Assembly: GCA_023231475.1 (NCBI GenBank)
Contig: JALJEE010000204.1
Span: forward strand, 1-61,108
Source: Seison nebaliae
Taxonomy: Eukaryota
Reading direction: 5' to 3'
DNA length: 61,108 bases
The stretch's first letter is position 1; every line of letters begins with the position of its first letter. The notes under the pieces are model-generated. The model saw nothing but the letters and a program-made list of their open reading frames with translations. It was not told where the DNA came from and did no database searches. Both the position numbers and the translations under genes were made by a program. Positions 12,239-25,853 of the stretch are shown here, one piece after another.

Positions 12239-12634
12239 TTAAACAGCTCGACCGATTGTCTTTTTACAATTTGGACATTTGTGTTTACATGTGTTCATAG
12301 ATCTAATAAAATAGGGTGCACAAGTCAAACAGATACAACAGAAAAAGAATCCAAGGGAAAAGAAGAATGTTTTAATATTAGGTTTCGTTCTCATTTTTGT
12401 CGTTATATATTTCCTACAATACGGACAAATGATATCCATTGGTTTTCTCAGATAAGCTCCTGGTGGTACATTTTGTCCGGGTAAAACTTGTATTGGCTGT
12501 TGATTAACAGGAATGATTATTGAGAGAACAGGAGCAACAGAAGAAGAAGCAGGTGGTTGTGGTGGTGGTGGAGAACGAGATAGAGAACTTTCTCCCACTT
12601 TCGCATTTTCACGTGAAGTTGTCCATCTTTTCAT
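12239..12634 (-). CDS. LITAF-domain (zinc ribbon) protein
   Basis: Pro-rich N-terminus, CPYC, a hydrophobic Cys-rich segment and HKCPNC. Confidence 0.85.
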   Translation of the reverse strand: MKRWTTSRENAKVGESSLSRSPPPPQPPASSSVAPVLSIIIPVNQQPIQVLPGQNVPPGAYLRKPMDIICPYCRKYITTKMRTKPNIKTFFFSLGFFFCCICLTCAPYFIRSMNTCKHKCPNCKKTIGRAV

Positions 12635-13211
12635 TCTGAAAATAAACTGAAATTTCTATTTCCGATGAAAGGTCATGTCTATTTGAGAATTTGAGAAGAG
12701 ATAAAGAATTAAAAGAGTTTTCAATATATATTTATTGGGTTTTTTCTTTTGAGAGAATGATAAAAACATCAGATAGGCCAAATAGATGAATGGAATTTAA
12801 TCTCCTTTCTGACTGTTCATATCATCAACTCTACCATTAATTTAATATTCATCATCACTCTCATTCACCAAAAACATATTCTTCAATTTATTTCACATTT
12901 ATAAATCATATTTCGATATTCATTCGATATTTTATTATGACTTAATATGATGAGATTCAAATAATGTTATGTGATTTAATGAAAATAAAATATTCTTTCG
13001 AATTTAATAATTAGTTTTATTAGAAATATTATTATTATCCAATTATGATAATAAAAAGATTTATATTGAATAATATCGTTATAATATGATCAGTTGATAA
13101 CAGAATTTCAATTGAAATATTTCTCACAATAAATTAAAAGTTGATTATTTTCATAAACTTTAGTTAATTCTTTAATTGGCAATGGATGAGAATGAAGAGG
13201 AATGAGATATA

Positions 13212-15212
13212 TTAATGATTACCATGAAAACTGTTCATATGTTTTTGAAAATCCATTTCACATTTAATTGCCATGTCATGAGAACGCGATTCGACATGTG
13301 CCATCCGATAGAGTGAAAGACAAATGAGAAGATGTAGAACAATGAAATAAACGACGAAACCTACACGGATAAGAGAAGAAGTCGATAATAGTTGAGTTAA
13401 TCCTAAAGCAATTTTATCTAAAATATTTAATTTTTCATAACGTCGAATCCGTTCAGTTTGTTGGAAGCGATTAAACGGATTCAAATTCTTCTCATATTGC
13501 ACTTGATATTCATCCACAACTTTCGATTGAATTGTTCCATCAAATTTCCTTTCTTTGTAGAATTGAAGTTGTTCATATAATTTGAGATTGTATGACTTCA
13601 ATTTCCCATTCTCATCATTCAACACCGTTATCATATGAATCTTACTCTCATTATCATTCTCTAACACTTCACATTTTCGTTGTAGTCGATCTCGTTGACT
13701 CACCACAATTCCCATCATTTCGTTCTCCGATTCTTTATCTTCAAACACTTCCTCCTTTGTTAATACATCGTTCAACATCTTGCCCTCAAAACTCTCATAT
13801 TCCCCTAAATGGAAATCATTAAATGGAAACTATTCAATATATGTTTACTAACCAGTAGAGTTGTGATAACGATGACTGAATTGCGATAAATCATCTTCTA
13901 ATCTCTTTATTAAATTAATTTTCTCTTTAAGAAAAACTTCATTCTTCTCCAAACTTTTCTTGGAAACTATTAATTCTTTTTCTGCATTTATTCTCAATTT
14001 TCTTTCTGTCGTTATATCGTTTTGTATTAAACGAATTTTCTTTAATAAATTTTTATTTAATTTTTTCATATCATTTAACACATCATCATCATCATCATCA
14101 TCCAATATCTTCTCCATTTTCATATTACCAAACTCTGCCGAATGAAAAACTTCAAGTTCATTTCTCATTTCATCATAATTCGAATAGTCTGACAATTTTC
14201 TTATCAATTCTTCTTTTTCTTTCACTAAATTCTCTTCCACATTTTTACTTCTTTCCAATTCCATCTGCCATCGCAATCTTTGAGATTGATGAGTATGATT
14301 CAATTGATTAATATCAGAAACTAATTGGAAATTCTCTCGATTCTTCTCTTCGATCAACTTTTCAAATTTTCTCATTTTTTCTTCTAATTCTTTTTTGGAT
14401 GATTCATTATCATTTATTTTTATTTCCTCCGAAAATTCTTTTTCTTTTTTAATTATTTCACAATTCTCTGAAATTTTCAATTTTTCTTCTAATTTCAATT
14501 TGTCATTATTCAAACGATCCACATCTTCTTTTAATAAATTCAATTGAGCGAAATGACTTTGATTCGATTCATATATCGATCTCTGCAAATTCTCTAATTC
14601 TTCTTTATATAATTTCTGTTTGTCCTCACTAATCATCAGTTTGGCATTCAATTCATTGAGAATCTTCTCATTCTCTTTTAATCTCAATTCATAATCTTTC
14701 TTATTCTCCATTTCTTTTTCTTTTTGTCGATGTTTCTGCTCTTTCTCCAATTTCTCTTCCAAATCTTTTATTTTCTCACGTTGAGATTTCAACGTAATTT
14801 GTTGATTCGTCACATCAGCAAACTCTTTTTTATACTCATTCAACGTCTCTTTCAATCCAATATTCTCTCGTTCCAAATCTGAATATTTTACTGATAATTG
14901 AATTGAAGGAATTGGATCAGGGGCTTCAAGTAGAACTTTAAATATATTCATGTAACATGATTCAGCATAAATACTCCGTTTGGTGAGAATATCAATTTCT
15001 TTTTGGAAACGAACAACCAACGGTCCCAAAACACGTTGTACATCATCCTTTAACATTGACCGAATGTCACGACATTGTTTCACGAGATCTTCTCTCGAAA
15101 TCACCGCATCATCCTGATTCTTGGCAATTAAATGTGCCTCCTCCTCTAATTTATTCAGTAGCGTCTTCAAATTCAAATTCTCTTGCCAATATTGTAAAAC
15201 TGACGTCATCAT
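13212..15212 (-). CDS. CASP: CASP (CUX1 alternatively spliced product / COY1) golgin, 2 exons
   Basis: N-terminal FQKEIDILTKRS..AE..LLEAPDP, long coiled coil, IVVSQRDR, LKLYEQLQF, YEKNLNPFNRF and a C-terminal TM Y..VLHLL. One 48-nt intron at 13805-13852. Confidence 0.88.
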
Positions 15213-15513
15213 TCAATCTGTTATCATGTCTTCTACTTTTTAATAAAACGAAACTTATTTTATTTCAAACTGTTATGGGAAGCCGAAAAATTGAGAAATA
15301 TTTCTCAACTATAAAATCTTAATAAATATTTATGAGAATTAGTTCAATTCCATCTGCTTTAATAATTTAATGAGAGATAAAATACTCTTTAAATTATGTT
15401 CAATTATTCTTCTTTTACATTTCAAGTTTCATTTAATTTAATTTAATTTAATTTTTAAGCTTCTTTCAAAAATCAAAGAATTTTCATTCCTTTTCTTTCA
15501 AAAAAGTTGAACT

Positions 15514-17224
15514 ATGCCTTCACTCAAACAAACGGTTCTCGATACCAAAGATTTAGTTAATAAGTATTTTCATGAAGATGTATGGAAAGGAGAGACAAGT
15601 TCTAATTTTTCTAATACATTTCACACTTCTATTTTCTCAGTTACCATCGTTCCCAGTGATGTTGTTAATGTGTCTTTGAATTCTTTCTTATTCGACGAAT
15701 GGGAATATCTGCAAGAACTGGTCATTGAAGTTCGTTCTTTTTAAATTTCATTATTCAAATATTAATGGAAATTTTTATATATTTCATTATTTCTTTATAT
15801 ATTTTATAAACGATGGGACAAAAAACGACAACATTAATTGTTACAGGAGTTGAGATTAGGAGATATCTGTTTCGCTAACATCGTCCATGAAGTGTTGGAG
15901 GGAATGATTGTTCGATTATATGGCTATTACAAATTAGATGAGAAGAATGATCGATCTCGTCACATGTATGACTTGCGTTGTCTATCGATTTATGTGTATT
16001 GTTCCAATGCAACTACAATGATAATGAAGAGAATTGAGAAGAATTCGAAAAATTTAATTTTAGTGAGAATTAGTGGTTTGAGGGAAATGGAAAATAATAA
16101 CAGCTTGAACTCATGTCAATTGATTGGAGAGATCGTTGAATCGGTTAATGATTTGTCATTCTCTAAAAAATGTTCATTCTCTAATTCTCCGACTAAATTG
16201 TGGTATATGTCGAACTGATTGAATTCTTTTGAAGGAGAAGTTAATTGATGAGAATAATTTGTATTTTCATTCAGTAAAGTTTCTCTTTCCTCCAAATTTC
16301 TATTTTTATATTTTGAATAATGTTTCAGATGTACTTACAATGATATTAATGAATGTCAATTGAGAGAAGTGAGAAAAGTGAAAATTATTGATTTGTTAGA
16401 TCAGATTTCTGATGATGAATCGATTTCTTCTGATGAAATGACTCAATCAACAACTATTAATAATAATAATAATGAAAGAAATGAATTGAATTATGAAGAA
16501 GAAGATAAATGTGAAAATTATTCAAATAATTTCAATACGTTGAAATTCTTAAGATTTCCCAATTATTTGGATTTGAAAGAATTTTATGATAAAGATCGAA
16601 AGGAATTGAATTGGATGGAATATCATTTAGTTGTGGATATCATTAATCGAAATAGAAATCGTGCTTATTCAATGAATGAAGAGAATGATTCGGAAATCAT
16701 CAAAATTTTATTTAAAGAAAATCGACTTTATCTTTCAGAGCAATTGCGAATTCGTCAAATTCATTGGAAAATGATTAATCTCTTTCGATATTCGTTGAAT
16801 GTTTTATTTCAAACATACAGAAAGAAGAGAAAGGAATCGAATAAATATTGTGATAAATTAAAATTGTGGGTAAATGATTTGAAGGATGAAGAGAATTATT
16901 ATAGATATTATCGTAAAATTATATTCTCTTCACATAATTTGAAAGAAGTTGCAAATTCTTTATATTCAGTCAGAAGACATTTCATATTCACAAAATATAA
17001 AAGAATCATCGAAGGAATGACGTTTCAATCTTCTTTCTCCACCTTCTTTCTCATAATCTTTTTCGTTTAGTTACGAGTTATTAAATGGGAAAACGATTCC
17101 ATTACGAGAATTTACTATCGCATATCAATCGATGGCAATCGGATTTCATCATGATAATAATATTAAGAAATATTTGAATAATCGTATCGAACAATTGAAT
17201 TGTTTAATAAAAATTATCGATTAA
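15514..17224 (+). CDS. Uncharacterised multi-exon protein
   Basis: ORFs 15514-15744, 15838-16218 and 16360-17070 can be joined through short GTT..AG introns, and the last exon ends at TAA 17222-17224. Middle junctions are uncertain and no family was recognised. Confidence 0.5.
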
Positions 17225-17229
17225 ATTGT

Positions 17230-19074
17230 TCATTTACTTAATCCTAAATGTGCCATCTTTCGTACCGTTCCTGTTCCATTCCAGTTACCTGTCAACAACA
17301 TGTGCCAGTAAATTTGTGGCATGACATTCACTTTCATGTGATACATTGTTCTTCGTTCTACTCCTTGATCAACTGGGAATGTTTCCAACGGTTGAAGATC
17401 ATAATCGAATTCTGCCAAAATACAACGACCATAACCAGTTATCAATGGACAAGCAGCATAACCGTCATACTGATGTTATTGGATGATGAATGAAGGTGAA
17501 TTGATGAAATGAAAGCAAACCTTTTGTAAATTGGAGAAATCATTTTTATCGATTTTTATTAAATTCTCATATACAACTTTCACTTGACTACCAACTGCCG
17601 CAACTGTTTTTGAATTAGGTGAATTGGTACAATCTCCAATACCAAAAATATTTGGATAATTCACTTGTCTCATTTCGCCCTTAACTACGTCTAATAATCC
17701 AGTGGCATCTGATAGTTTTGGATTGGAACTGATAATTTTATGGCCTGAATGAGGCATACCAACATGTAAGAGATCATACTTCAAAGAAGTTCATATTTAC
17801 ATTTGAAGAAATCAAATAACTTTCTCTGTTCGTTTCTTATTTGGATCAGATGATGATTGAAATATTGCTAGTCGATTAACATCATCGATTTCTACTAAAT
17901 TTTCATTCAAATTTAATTGAACATTTCTGTAAAAGAAATAATTGTATGTGAAAGAAGAAGTATTAGGTGTGAAGACAATGAAAGAAAGAATTAATCAACT
18001 GTGAAAAGTAGTGTGGCTAATAATAAGAAAAGTAGACATATACACATTCTTTTTTTTTTGTATGTTCATACACAATCATTATGAAAACCATCATTTACCA
18101 TGTGTGAGAGGAAAGAGAATTGTAAAAATAGAATTCTTTGACAGACATCCATCAAACTTTCTTATTATGAATGAATGAATGAATGATGCTGCACAATGAA
18201 TGAAAAATGTATGTTCACTATTTACACAACTAATATTTATTTCCAATTGTCTTCAAATAAGAACTCGAACTGTCAAACAATCAAAACGACGAACCTTTTC
18301 TCTTTCACTTTCATTAATGCATCAGCATATTTTTTCACTCCAAAAATTGCTCCTACGGCTGAATTGAAAGAAATGTTAATGTTATTTCTTCGACCAATAT
18401 CTCTCCATTTATTCTCAGCCATCCACATCACCTTTTGTGGTGCACCAGGACATTTGATTGGAGTTGAAGGATAAGTGAAAATTGCGTTTCCTTCTTTTAA
18501 ACCTTTCACTGCCGGTTGTACCTTAGTCACATATTTCCCAGAATATACAGTGACAACATTTGGATCATTATCTAATGCTTCTCGGAAACCTTTAATTAAG
18601 TCCGGTCTCGATTTGATTCCCACACTAATGATGAGATATTCATAACTAATCTGAATGAAAGATGAAATTGAATTTAGAGATTGAGAATTAATTAAACTTT
18701 TCTATCATTCTTCAGTTGTACGAATTGTTTATCCGGATCGATTTCTATAGCTGGTTCGTTAAATAATTTCACGTTCTTTGGTACAACATTTGCCAATGGT
18801 CTCTGGACATTTTCGATACTCGTCAAACCGCCACCAACTAACGTCCATCCTGGTTGGTAGAAATGAGTCTTCAAAATTAATTTTATATAAAATAATACAA
18901 TTATTAAACTTTCGACGGTTCGATAATAGCGATTTGATTGGGAAACTTCTTTCGCAATTTAGCACTTGTCGCTAAACCACCACTCCCACCACCAACAATC
19001 AAAAATTTGAAGTGGTCACTTTTGAATCGTTGTTGGATGAGATAAATTGATTTGTTCAATTTGGAAGATAACAT
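17230..19074 (-). CDS. SQOR: Sulfide:quinone oxidoreductase, mitochondrial (6 exons)
   Basis: LIVGGGSGG, HFYQPGWTLVGGG, PIKCPGAPQK, IFGIGDC..PNSKT.AA, YDGYAACPLITGY and LAEFDY..PLETFP. Confidence 0.93.
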
Positions 19075-19993
19075 AATAATTTGGACGAAGAAGAGATTAC
19101 GGGAATACACTATAGATGAGCAATTGTTCAGATGAGATAAAGTAAAATTGACAAATAAAACAAATCAATTGATTTAACAATATTTCTCCTTATATATATA
19201 TATTTATATGGAGTAATGAGATAGAGTAGTATATCACGAACAAGAAGATTTCTTTATTTCTTTGTTCATTAAACCGTTAAAAGATGAAATTTTAAAGATA
19301 ATAAAGGGGGAGTCACTTGGGAAGGGAGTGACTCCCGTTCAGTATTAAATAGAGAGTGAGAGAAGAAGTCTCTCTGTCTTCTAAAGAAATTTATTAAATT
19401 ATTTTAGACTAAAATCCTCTTACGATTTAACTACTTCTCCAATATTAGAATTAAATATTAGAAGGTCAACATATTATTATATGTTCAACCAAGAGAGAAG
19501 TTGTTAAATTGTTAAATGTTCATTCGTACAATTCATCCATCATTACACTAGACACACATCATTCTGTTTAAACTATGATTTTATCTCACACTCTTGACCA
19601 GAGACAACATTCATAATGTAACACCATTAGTCTATCTATCTATTAGGTATTAGTCTATTAGAGAATAAATAGTTCGAATGGAGAACAATGGAAGAGACGT
19701 GGGATTTCTATGATTATTATTCCTAAAAATAACAAACTGAAAAGGAAACTTCTATTTATTGACCTTGAAGGCAATGTTATGTTTAGTTAAATAAAGTTGT
19801 TTGATCGGCAATTATGCACCTTTCGAGACTTCGAGTAAGCTTAAACCGTTGAAGCCGATCATTTAGCTAAAATCAATCTAATGAAATTTACATAGAATGA
19901 TCTTTCTCTTATTTCGTCTTATTTTTCTTCCATGACAACGGTAACTTTCAATTACAATTATTTGTTGAAATTCTTTTATCTAATTTTAATGTG

Positions 19994-20533
19994 ATGGAAT
20001 TGATTGGAAGTAAATATAATGGACCATATGTCAATGGACGTATAGAAGGTGAGGGTTATTATATTCTCCCTAATGGCTCACAATATTTGGGTGGCTTCAA
20101 AGATGGCAAATGGCATGGCAATGGCACATTATTATTTAATAACGGTGGTCGATTTGAGGGTCGATTCGACAATGGCAAAAGCATTTCTGGCAAGTATATT
20201 TTTGCAGATGATTTAGAATATGAAGTGGATGACGGATGGAAATATTGCAATGGATATGACAGACGATTTCATAAAGAAATACTTCCACCTGGAATACGAC
20301 CAGCGGGATTATCATTAATAACGAATGAATTAGAACCACGTGACATCCCAAATGGACAATTCGACATCGGTGAAGGATTTTATGATCCTTCCAAAAAAAT
20401 AGTATTTACTTATGACGGAAATTTTCTTCGACATTCGACCGAGGAAGAAGATAAATGGATAGTTGGAAAATGTCGAAAGAATATTGAAGAAGTGATGAGT
20501 GAAAAGAAAAACGAGATGCCAAACCAACAATGA
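19994..20533 (+). CDS. MORN5: MORN repeat-containing protein 5
   Basis: Three MORN repeats followed by WKYCNGYDRRF..EI..GIRPAG and DIGEGFYDP, characteristic of MORN5. Confidence 0.88.
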   Translation: MELIGSKYNGPYVNGRIEGEGYYILPNGSQYLGGFKDGKWHGNGTLLFNNGGRFEGRFDNGKSISGKYIFADDLEYEVDDGWKYCNGYDRRFHKEILPPGIRPAGLSLITNELEPRDIPNGQFDIGEGFYDPSKKIVFTYDGNFLRHSTEEEDKWIVGKCRKNIEEVMSEKKNEMPNQQ

Positions 20534-21175
20534 AATTGAATATTTTATGTATATTCTCCTTTTTATTAAAATTGTTGATTAATTCTTATCAGATATAAAA
20601 ATGAGTCGACTATTTTAAGCGTGTGAAGGAACTGGTGAGAATCCTCAAGAATTTCTTATTATATCTTGTCGAATAATATGAATTAGATATGCATAATTAT
20701 AATCATTTTCAACATCAATATTTTTAACGAATTTATGCATAACATTTCCATCTATTTCCAGTACATTCTTCTTATCTCTTTACTTCTTCAACGAAATGAC
20801 AAAATGAAAATATTTCTCCAATTCTGCTCAATATTCTCTCTTTAATCATTTCATTTGGAAAGAAAATTATTCCAATTTTGTTCAACAATTGATTTTATGA
20901 GTTTTAATGTTTTCTAATTGATTATTGAGATTGATTAATGGATGAAATTATTTTCAAGTAACAATTGGATGAATGATTAAGCTTAATTTAGAAATTATAA
21001 TAAAATGATAATGATAATAAACCGTTGGAAATTGGTTGAATTGAATGAAAGATGATTCATTTCAGCTGAACATCTTCAAATAAAAAACTTCCAACTTTTA
21101 TAACAATAGTCGAATTTATGATTGTTTCTTTTTAAAAACTCTCAAATTACATGCCAGGGAGAATAATTCAATGAA

Positions 21176-22389
21176 ATGGTAATGTTTAATTGGTATAAAT
21201 GCGATGATACAATTTCAACCGATTCCACTTGTAGTAAATGTGCACGAGAATTAGATGAAAGAAATAATAATAATAAACGATTGATCGATAGTTTCTTTAG
21301 TCGAATTAAAGCACTTCGATCGTTTTTATTCGATGAGAATGATGAAGGAAAAGATACAGCTCAACACATTTTCGGATACTCAAATAAAAAATTCATTTTC
21401 TCATTAATTCTTACAATAATCACAAGTCTTTTCTGTCTCTATTTCTTTCTACCAACGGACCTTAATGAACTCATATTACGTTCCTTCTCCATTCCAAGTA
21501 CGAATGATGTCATATCCTCCAAAATCCTCCGTACAGGAACAAGTTCTAATATTTGTTTATCCAAAAACTTACCATCGTCTACAGTTGTAGTGTGTGATGA
21601 GAATGTTCTTGCTCAAACGACATGTTTCCGAGATGTTTCTTATGAAATCGAATGGACAAAAAGGAATTCATACGGAAGTCGTTGGAGAATGGCGACTATA
21701 CGGAAGGCTACTCCCAAATGCTCAGTTATCGATAATGTTGAAATTGAAATAACGAATTATCTAGAGAAGATTTATACTTATCTCTTCTTCCCAAAAGTCA
21801 TTCTCACTCAAATGGTTGTTAAGACTTCGTTATTTTTCATTGTCTAACTCTCCAAAATTCTCATTATCCTCATCATTTCCAGTAGTAATCATTTGAAATC
21901 ATTAATGGAAACGAATGGAGAAAATAAAAGATTAATACAAACTAAATCTTATTGTAGAACTGGTTAGATAATATTATTAGAATATCTTTTACGATCAATC
22001 ACAGTCGTTTAATAGAAAGTGGTAACGTTCATCCATGTTGCAAGTATTTGGAGGGTTGTTCCGTTAAAATCTTCCCATGGAAGAAGAGGTATAACATTGA
22101 GAATTATTCTCCTATGGATATGAATTCATGTGCTTGTGATGGACAATTCTATCAGTGTTTAAAGAATCGACTAACAATCAAAGGATGGTATTTTCAAACT
22201 TCTAACTCCTTCCAAATTCAACAAAGAAATGCATTAAGAATTGGACAAATCTATTTTAATGTTATACAACCGAAATGCGTTCAATTTCATGTAGGGAAAC
22301 GATGTGAAATTTCATTCATTTTCTTCTGTCTGAAAGAGAGTAATGAGAATAGTTGTTTGACTTCAGCGGAAAATAATCCATTATTCTAA
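21176..22389 (+). CDS. Membrane-anchored group III phospholipase A2-like protein, probably inactive (3 exons)
   Basis: TM segment FIFSLILTIITSLFCLYFFLP. The C-terminal Cys pattern PCCKYLEGC...SCACDGQFYQCL...IGQIYFNVIQPKC matches bee-venom-type PLA2. Confidence 0.65.
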
Positions 22390-22516
22390 TTGTAATATGA
22401 ATGATAATTTAATGTGATTTTAATCAATTTATTAAGTTTTGTTTTAAGAAATTAAATAGAGTTTCTAAATTTTTTATTTCTTCTCAAAATTTACTTATTT
22501 TTTAATAAAATATTCA

Positions 22517-25500
22517 TTAATTCTCATTCGTATTATAATATTGATTGTTATTATTATTATTGTTCCTTCTTCCAAAATGATTAATATCATTCTTCTTCTC
22601 ATTCCTCCAACGTCCTCGGGAGAATTGTTGCGAAGAAGATTGTTGGGATTGACGATGTGAATCGTGATTAACCCTTCTTTTTCTAAACTTCCTATTAGGA
22701 GTCTTATAATTCGACTGTTTCTTCGATTGATAATGATTTTCGTTCTTTTTCGAATATTTACTAATTTCGATTCCTCCAGATCGCTCTTGTTTTGAAATTT
22801 GAATATGTTTCGATGATTGATTCACATTCTTCTTATTCACTTCACCGTTCGTCGTTGATTGATTCTCCACATTCTTCCCATTATTATTATTCATCAAGTT
22901 TGGAAGAGGATTTATCGAAGTATTTATTCCAGCTAAATTGAATAAAGCTTGATTTAATAGAATGCGATTAGCTAATTCGATCGCTTTCAGATTCGTTTCA
23001 TTCGTTAATCGATCTTGTTGTTGTGCCTTCATTTGTTGATAAGACCTAAAGTCATTAACTTGAGGTACCCGAAATGATTGAAATTGTTGATCCGCATTGA
23101 AATTAAGTAGATTTGGTAAAGGTGGTTCGTGAGTTTCCACAATATTTAACAATCTGGCGGGCAACGAATGTCGAAGACAAGGAAAACTTGATGGATATTG
23201 TGAATAATCGGTAATGTCCGTTCTCTCACCATATTTCGGTGTAACTTGGACAATTGAACCAATCATAAAATTATAAATAACTTCCGCCTTCTTTGCAATG
23301 ATCTCATTCAACCAACTCTCTCGAAATGCAACTGTCGTTGGAGAACAAATTGCGGAATAACCTTCTGGAGTATAATAAAGATTGACGGAATTTAGATCAT
23401 TCTTATTCTTGTTCATGTCTTCAATATCAAATATGAAGTATATTTTGGCCGAAAGATGATCTGAAGAGATAATATATCAGAGAAAGAAATTCTAAATTGG
23501 AAAATTTTCAAACTTTTAATTTCTTGTAAATTCCAATAAACTTCGTTCGAATAACATGAGGGGAAGAGATTTGCTAAATTCCGTTGGTTCTTCTTCTCTC
23601 CTCCTCCATTTAAGACAATTCGATGTTTTGATTTTTTCCACGAATCGATATTATATTCTTCCGACCGATAAAATGTTACTGTTAAATAATAAAATTTTGA
23701 TGTATAGAATTCCATATCACTATCCATTCTGATCTCGTATGTCCATTCGTAGGAGAACTTGAAATGATTTTCAATATAAATCTGTATAATATCATTCATC
23801 TTATCCAGATCGATATGACCATCAAAATAAAAGTCTCCGGTTGTAAATTCGTGAGCGGGCATATCCAATTCTTTCATTAATAAAGGTGCAGCATACATCT
23901 TCTCCGGTTTATTTAATAGTGATGCATATTGTTGCATATCACGATTTCGTTGGACAATTTCTGTTAATTAAATAAATAATTTGAGGAAGATAAGAACTAA
24001 CGGTCATTAAATTTACGAACAAATCTCCTCTCATTTTTCACTTTCTTTCCTGTCGTCGTATTGTTATTTGTGGCGTTGAACGACGATTGATTCATCAATA
24101 AACTGCATAAATTAAGGAGTTGAACGAAATTGTTTTGTTGATTGCCATTGTTCGAGGGCGAATTTAGAAAATTTTGTAAACTTTGAACCACGATATTGAA
24201 TAAGGGATTCATCCGCATTGGGTTGTCACTCATCAGTGAATTGCAATTCAACATGTTAAAATTGATTGGATTTGCATTCGCTGTTGATGTATTAGTATTA
24301 TTGGACGTTGTATTCGTTGAAGCAGAAGCATTGGGAAGACTTTGAATTATCATGTTAATTATTGGATTCAATTGTAAAGGACAGTCATTGATGAGAGGAC
24401 CATTGAGTAAATTCAAATTGCTTTGTTGAAGATTGTTAGAAATATTAGAATCATTTGGAAGAATATTCGATGTCGATTGAGGAGCAGTATTGATATTATT
24501 GTTGGTGGTTATATTCGTCTTGTTAGCTATCGGTATATTCGTTGTTTTATTTCCATTGTACTTGTTACTATTGTTAAAATTGACAGTATTTAACAAAGTT
24601 CGGAAATCCGAAATATTTCCATCGTTTCTATTCGAATTATCTTCTCCTTCAGATATATTATCATCATTACTTGATGTCGATTCATTATTATCGTTATTGT
24701 TGTTGTTATTTATATTTAAATTGGTCTCTTCAACATTTGGACAACTAAACTTTTCTTCTTCTTTCAATTTTTTCTTCGGCTCGTCATTTCGTTTCTCACT
24801 AGAACTTTCTTCAAAATTTTCATCTTCGTTTAATTCTTGGACATTAGACAAATGTTCATCGTTTGAAATTGCCTTTGAACATTCCAATATGATATTAGGT
24901 TCACCATGATCATTCGGACTAGCTGAATCGTCCAGAAATTCTATCAACGAATGCTTATCAATCGTGATCGTATCATCAATTTTCACATCATTTATAGAAG
25001 TATTTTCATCTATTTCAATTTCCGATATGTTCAATGAAAAGTTAATGGAATCAAGATTATAATTATCTATTGGAGCATATTCATCGACAGCTACTGATGA
25101 ATTGTTCGCTGTTTGTAGATTGCTCGATATTAAAAGCGGGGAAAGAGCTGAACATTCATTTTCCGATGTGATATGATTCGGTTCAGATATAACATTTCGT
25201 AACCATGGAACTTTCGGAAAATCTTGAGACGCTAATGAATTTTTCTCTGTCGTCATCGATGGTGAAATATTATCGGAATTTGTTTCATGTGAAAAATTGT
25301 TGGATGTAGATGAATCTGTTGGTTTTGCGGAAGTGTTTCCACTATCACCAGAAACTAATTGCTCGTTTTTAGATGTTGGATTTTTTGATGTTGATTCATG
25401 ATTCTTCAACAGATTTGCAGGATAATTTGGATTATAGTTATATTTATAACCATGACGATTGAAACTTTTATGATAATAATTATTTCTTTTATTACTAATA

Positions 25501-25853
25501 TTATTATTATTAATATTATCATTAACATCGTTCATATAGGTTGGAAGTTTAGTGAGCGATAAAGCTTCTTTATGAGATTTCGATATATCTTTCACTTTCG
25601 TCCAAACACATAATTGATATAATAACTCTTTAGCATGACGTTCATGCAATGCATCCAACAGATTCCTCAAATGAAGAAAATAGGACAATTGATTTTGAAT
25701 CCATCTTTCAGCCGATATCTTCTTCGCTCTAACCGTTGCAAAATTGTCATCGAATGGTTCAATGATGAAGCGATCCGTGGTAATCGCAATATTCGTTTGA
25801 CCTCGCGATTCAGACTGTCGGATATTCCCAACATTTTTTATGAAGTTCAACAT
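22517..25853 (-). CDS. Large Asn-rich protein with an AKAP14/AKAP28-like domain (3 exons)
   Basis: Three ORFs join in frame through GTTAGT..CAG and GTTTGA..CAG introns. The segment AKIYFIFDIE...YYTPEG...VAFRESWLNEIIAKK resembles the AKAP28 domain C-terminus as recalled (FREKWLxDxIExK). Confidence 0.55.

Noticed and set aside
13848..23999. Alternative genetic code or stop readthrough to explain ORFs ending mid-domain
   Set aside because: The interruptions in conserved genes are resolved by short GT..AG introns under the standard code, and intronless genes end in TAA or TGA normally.
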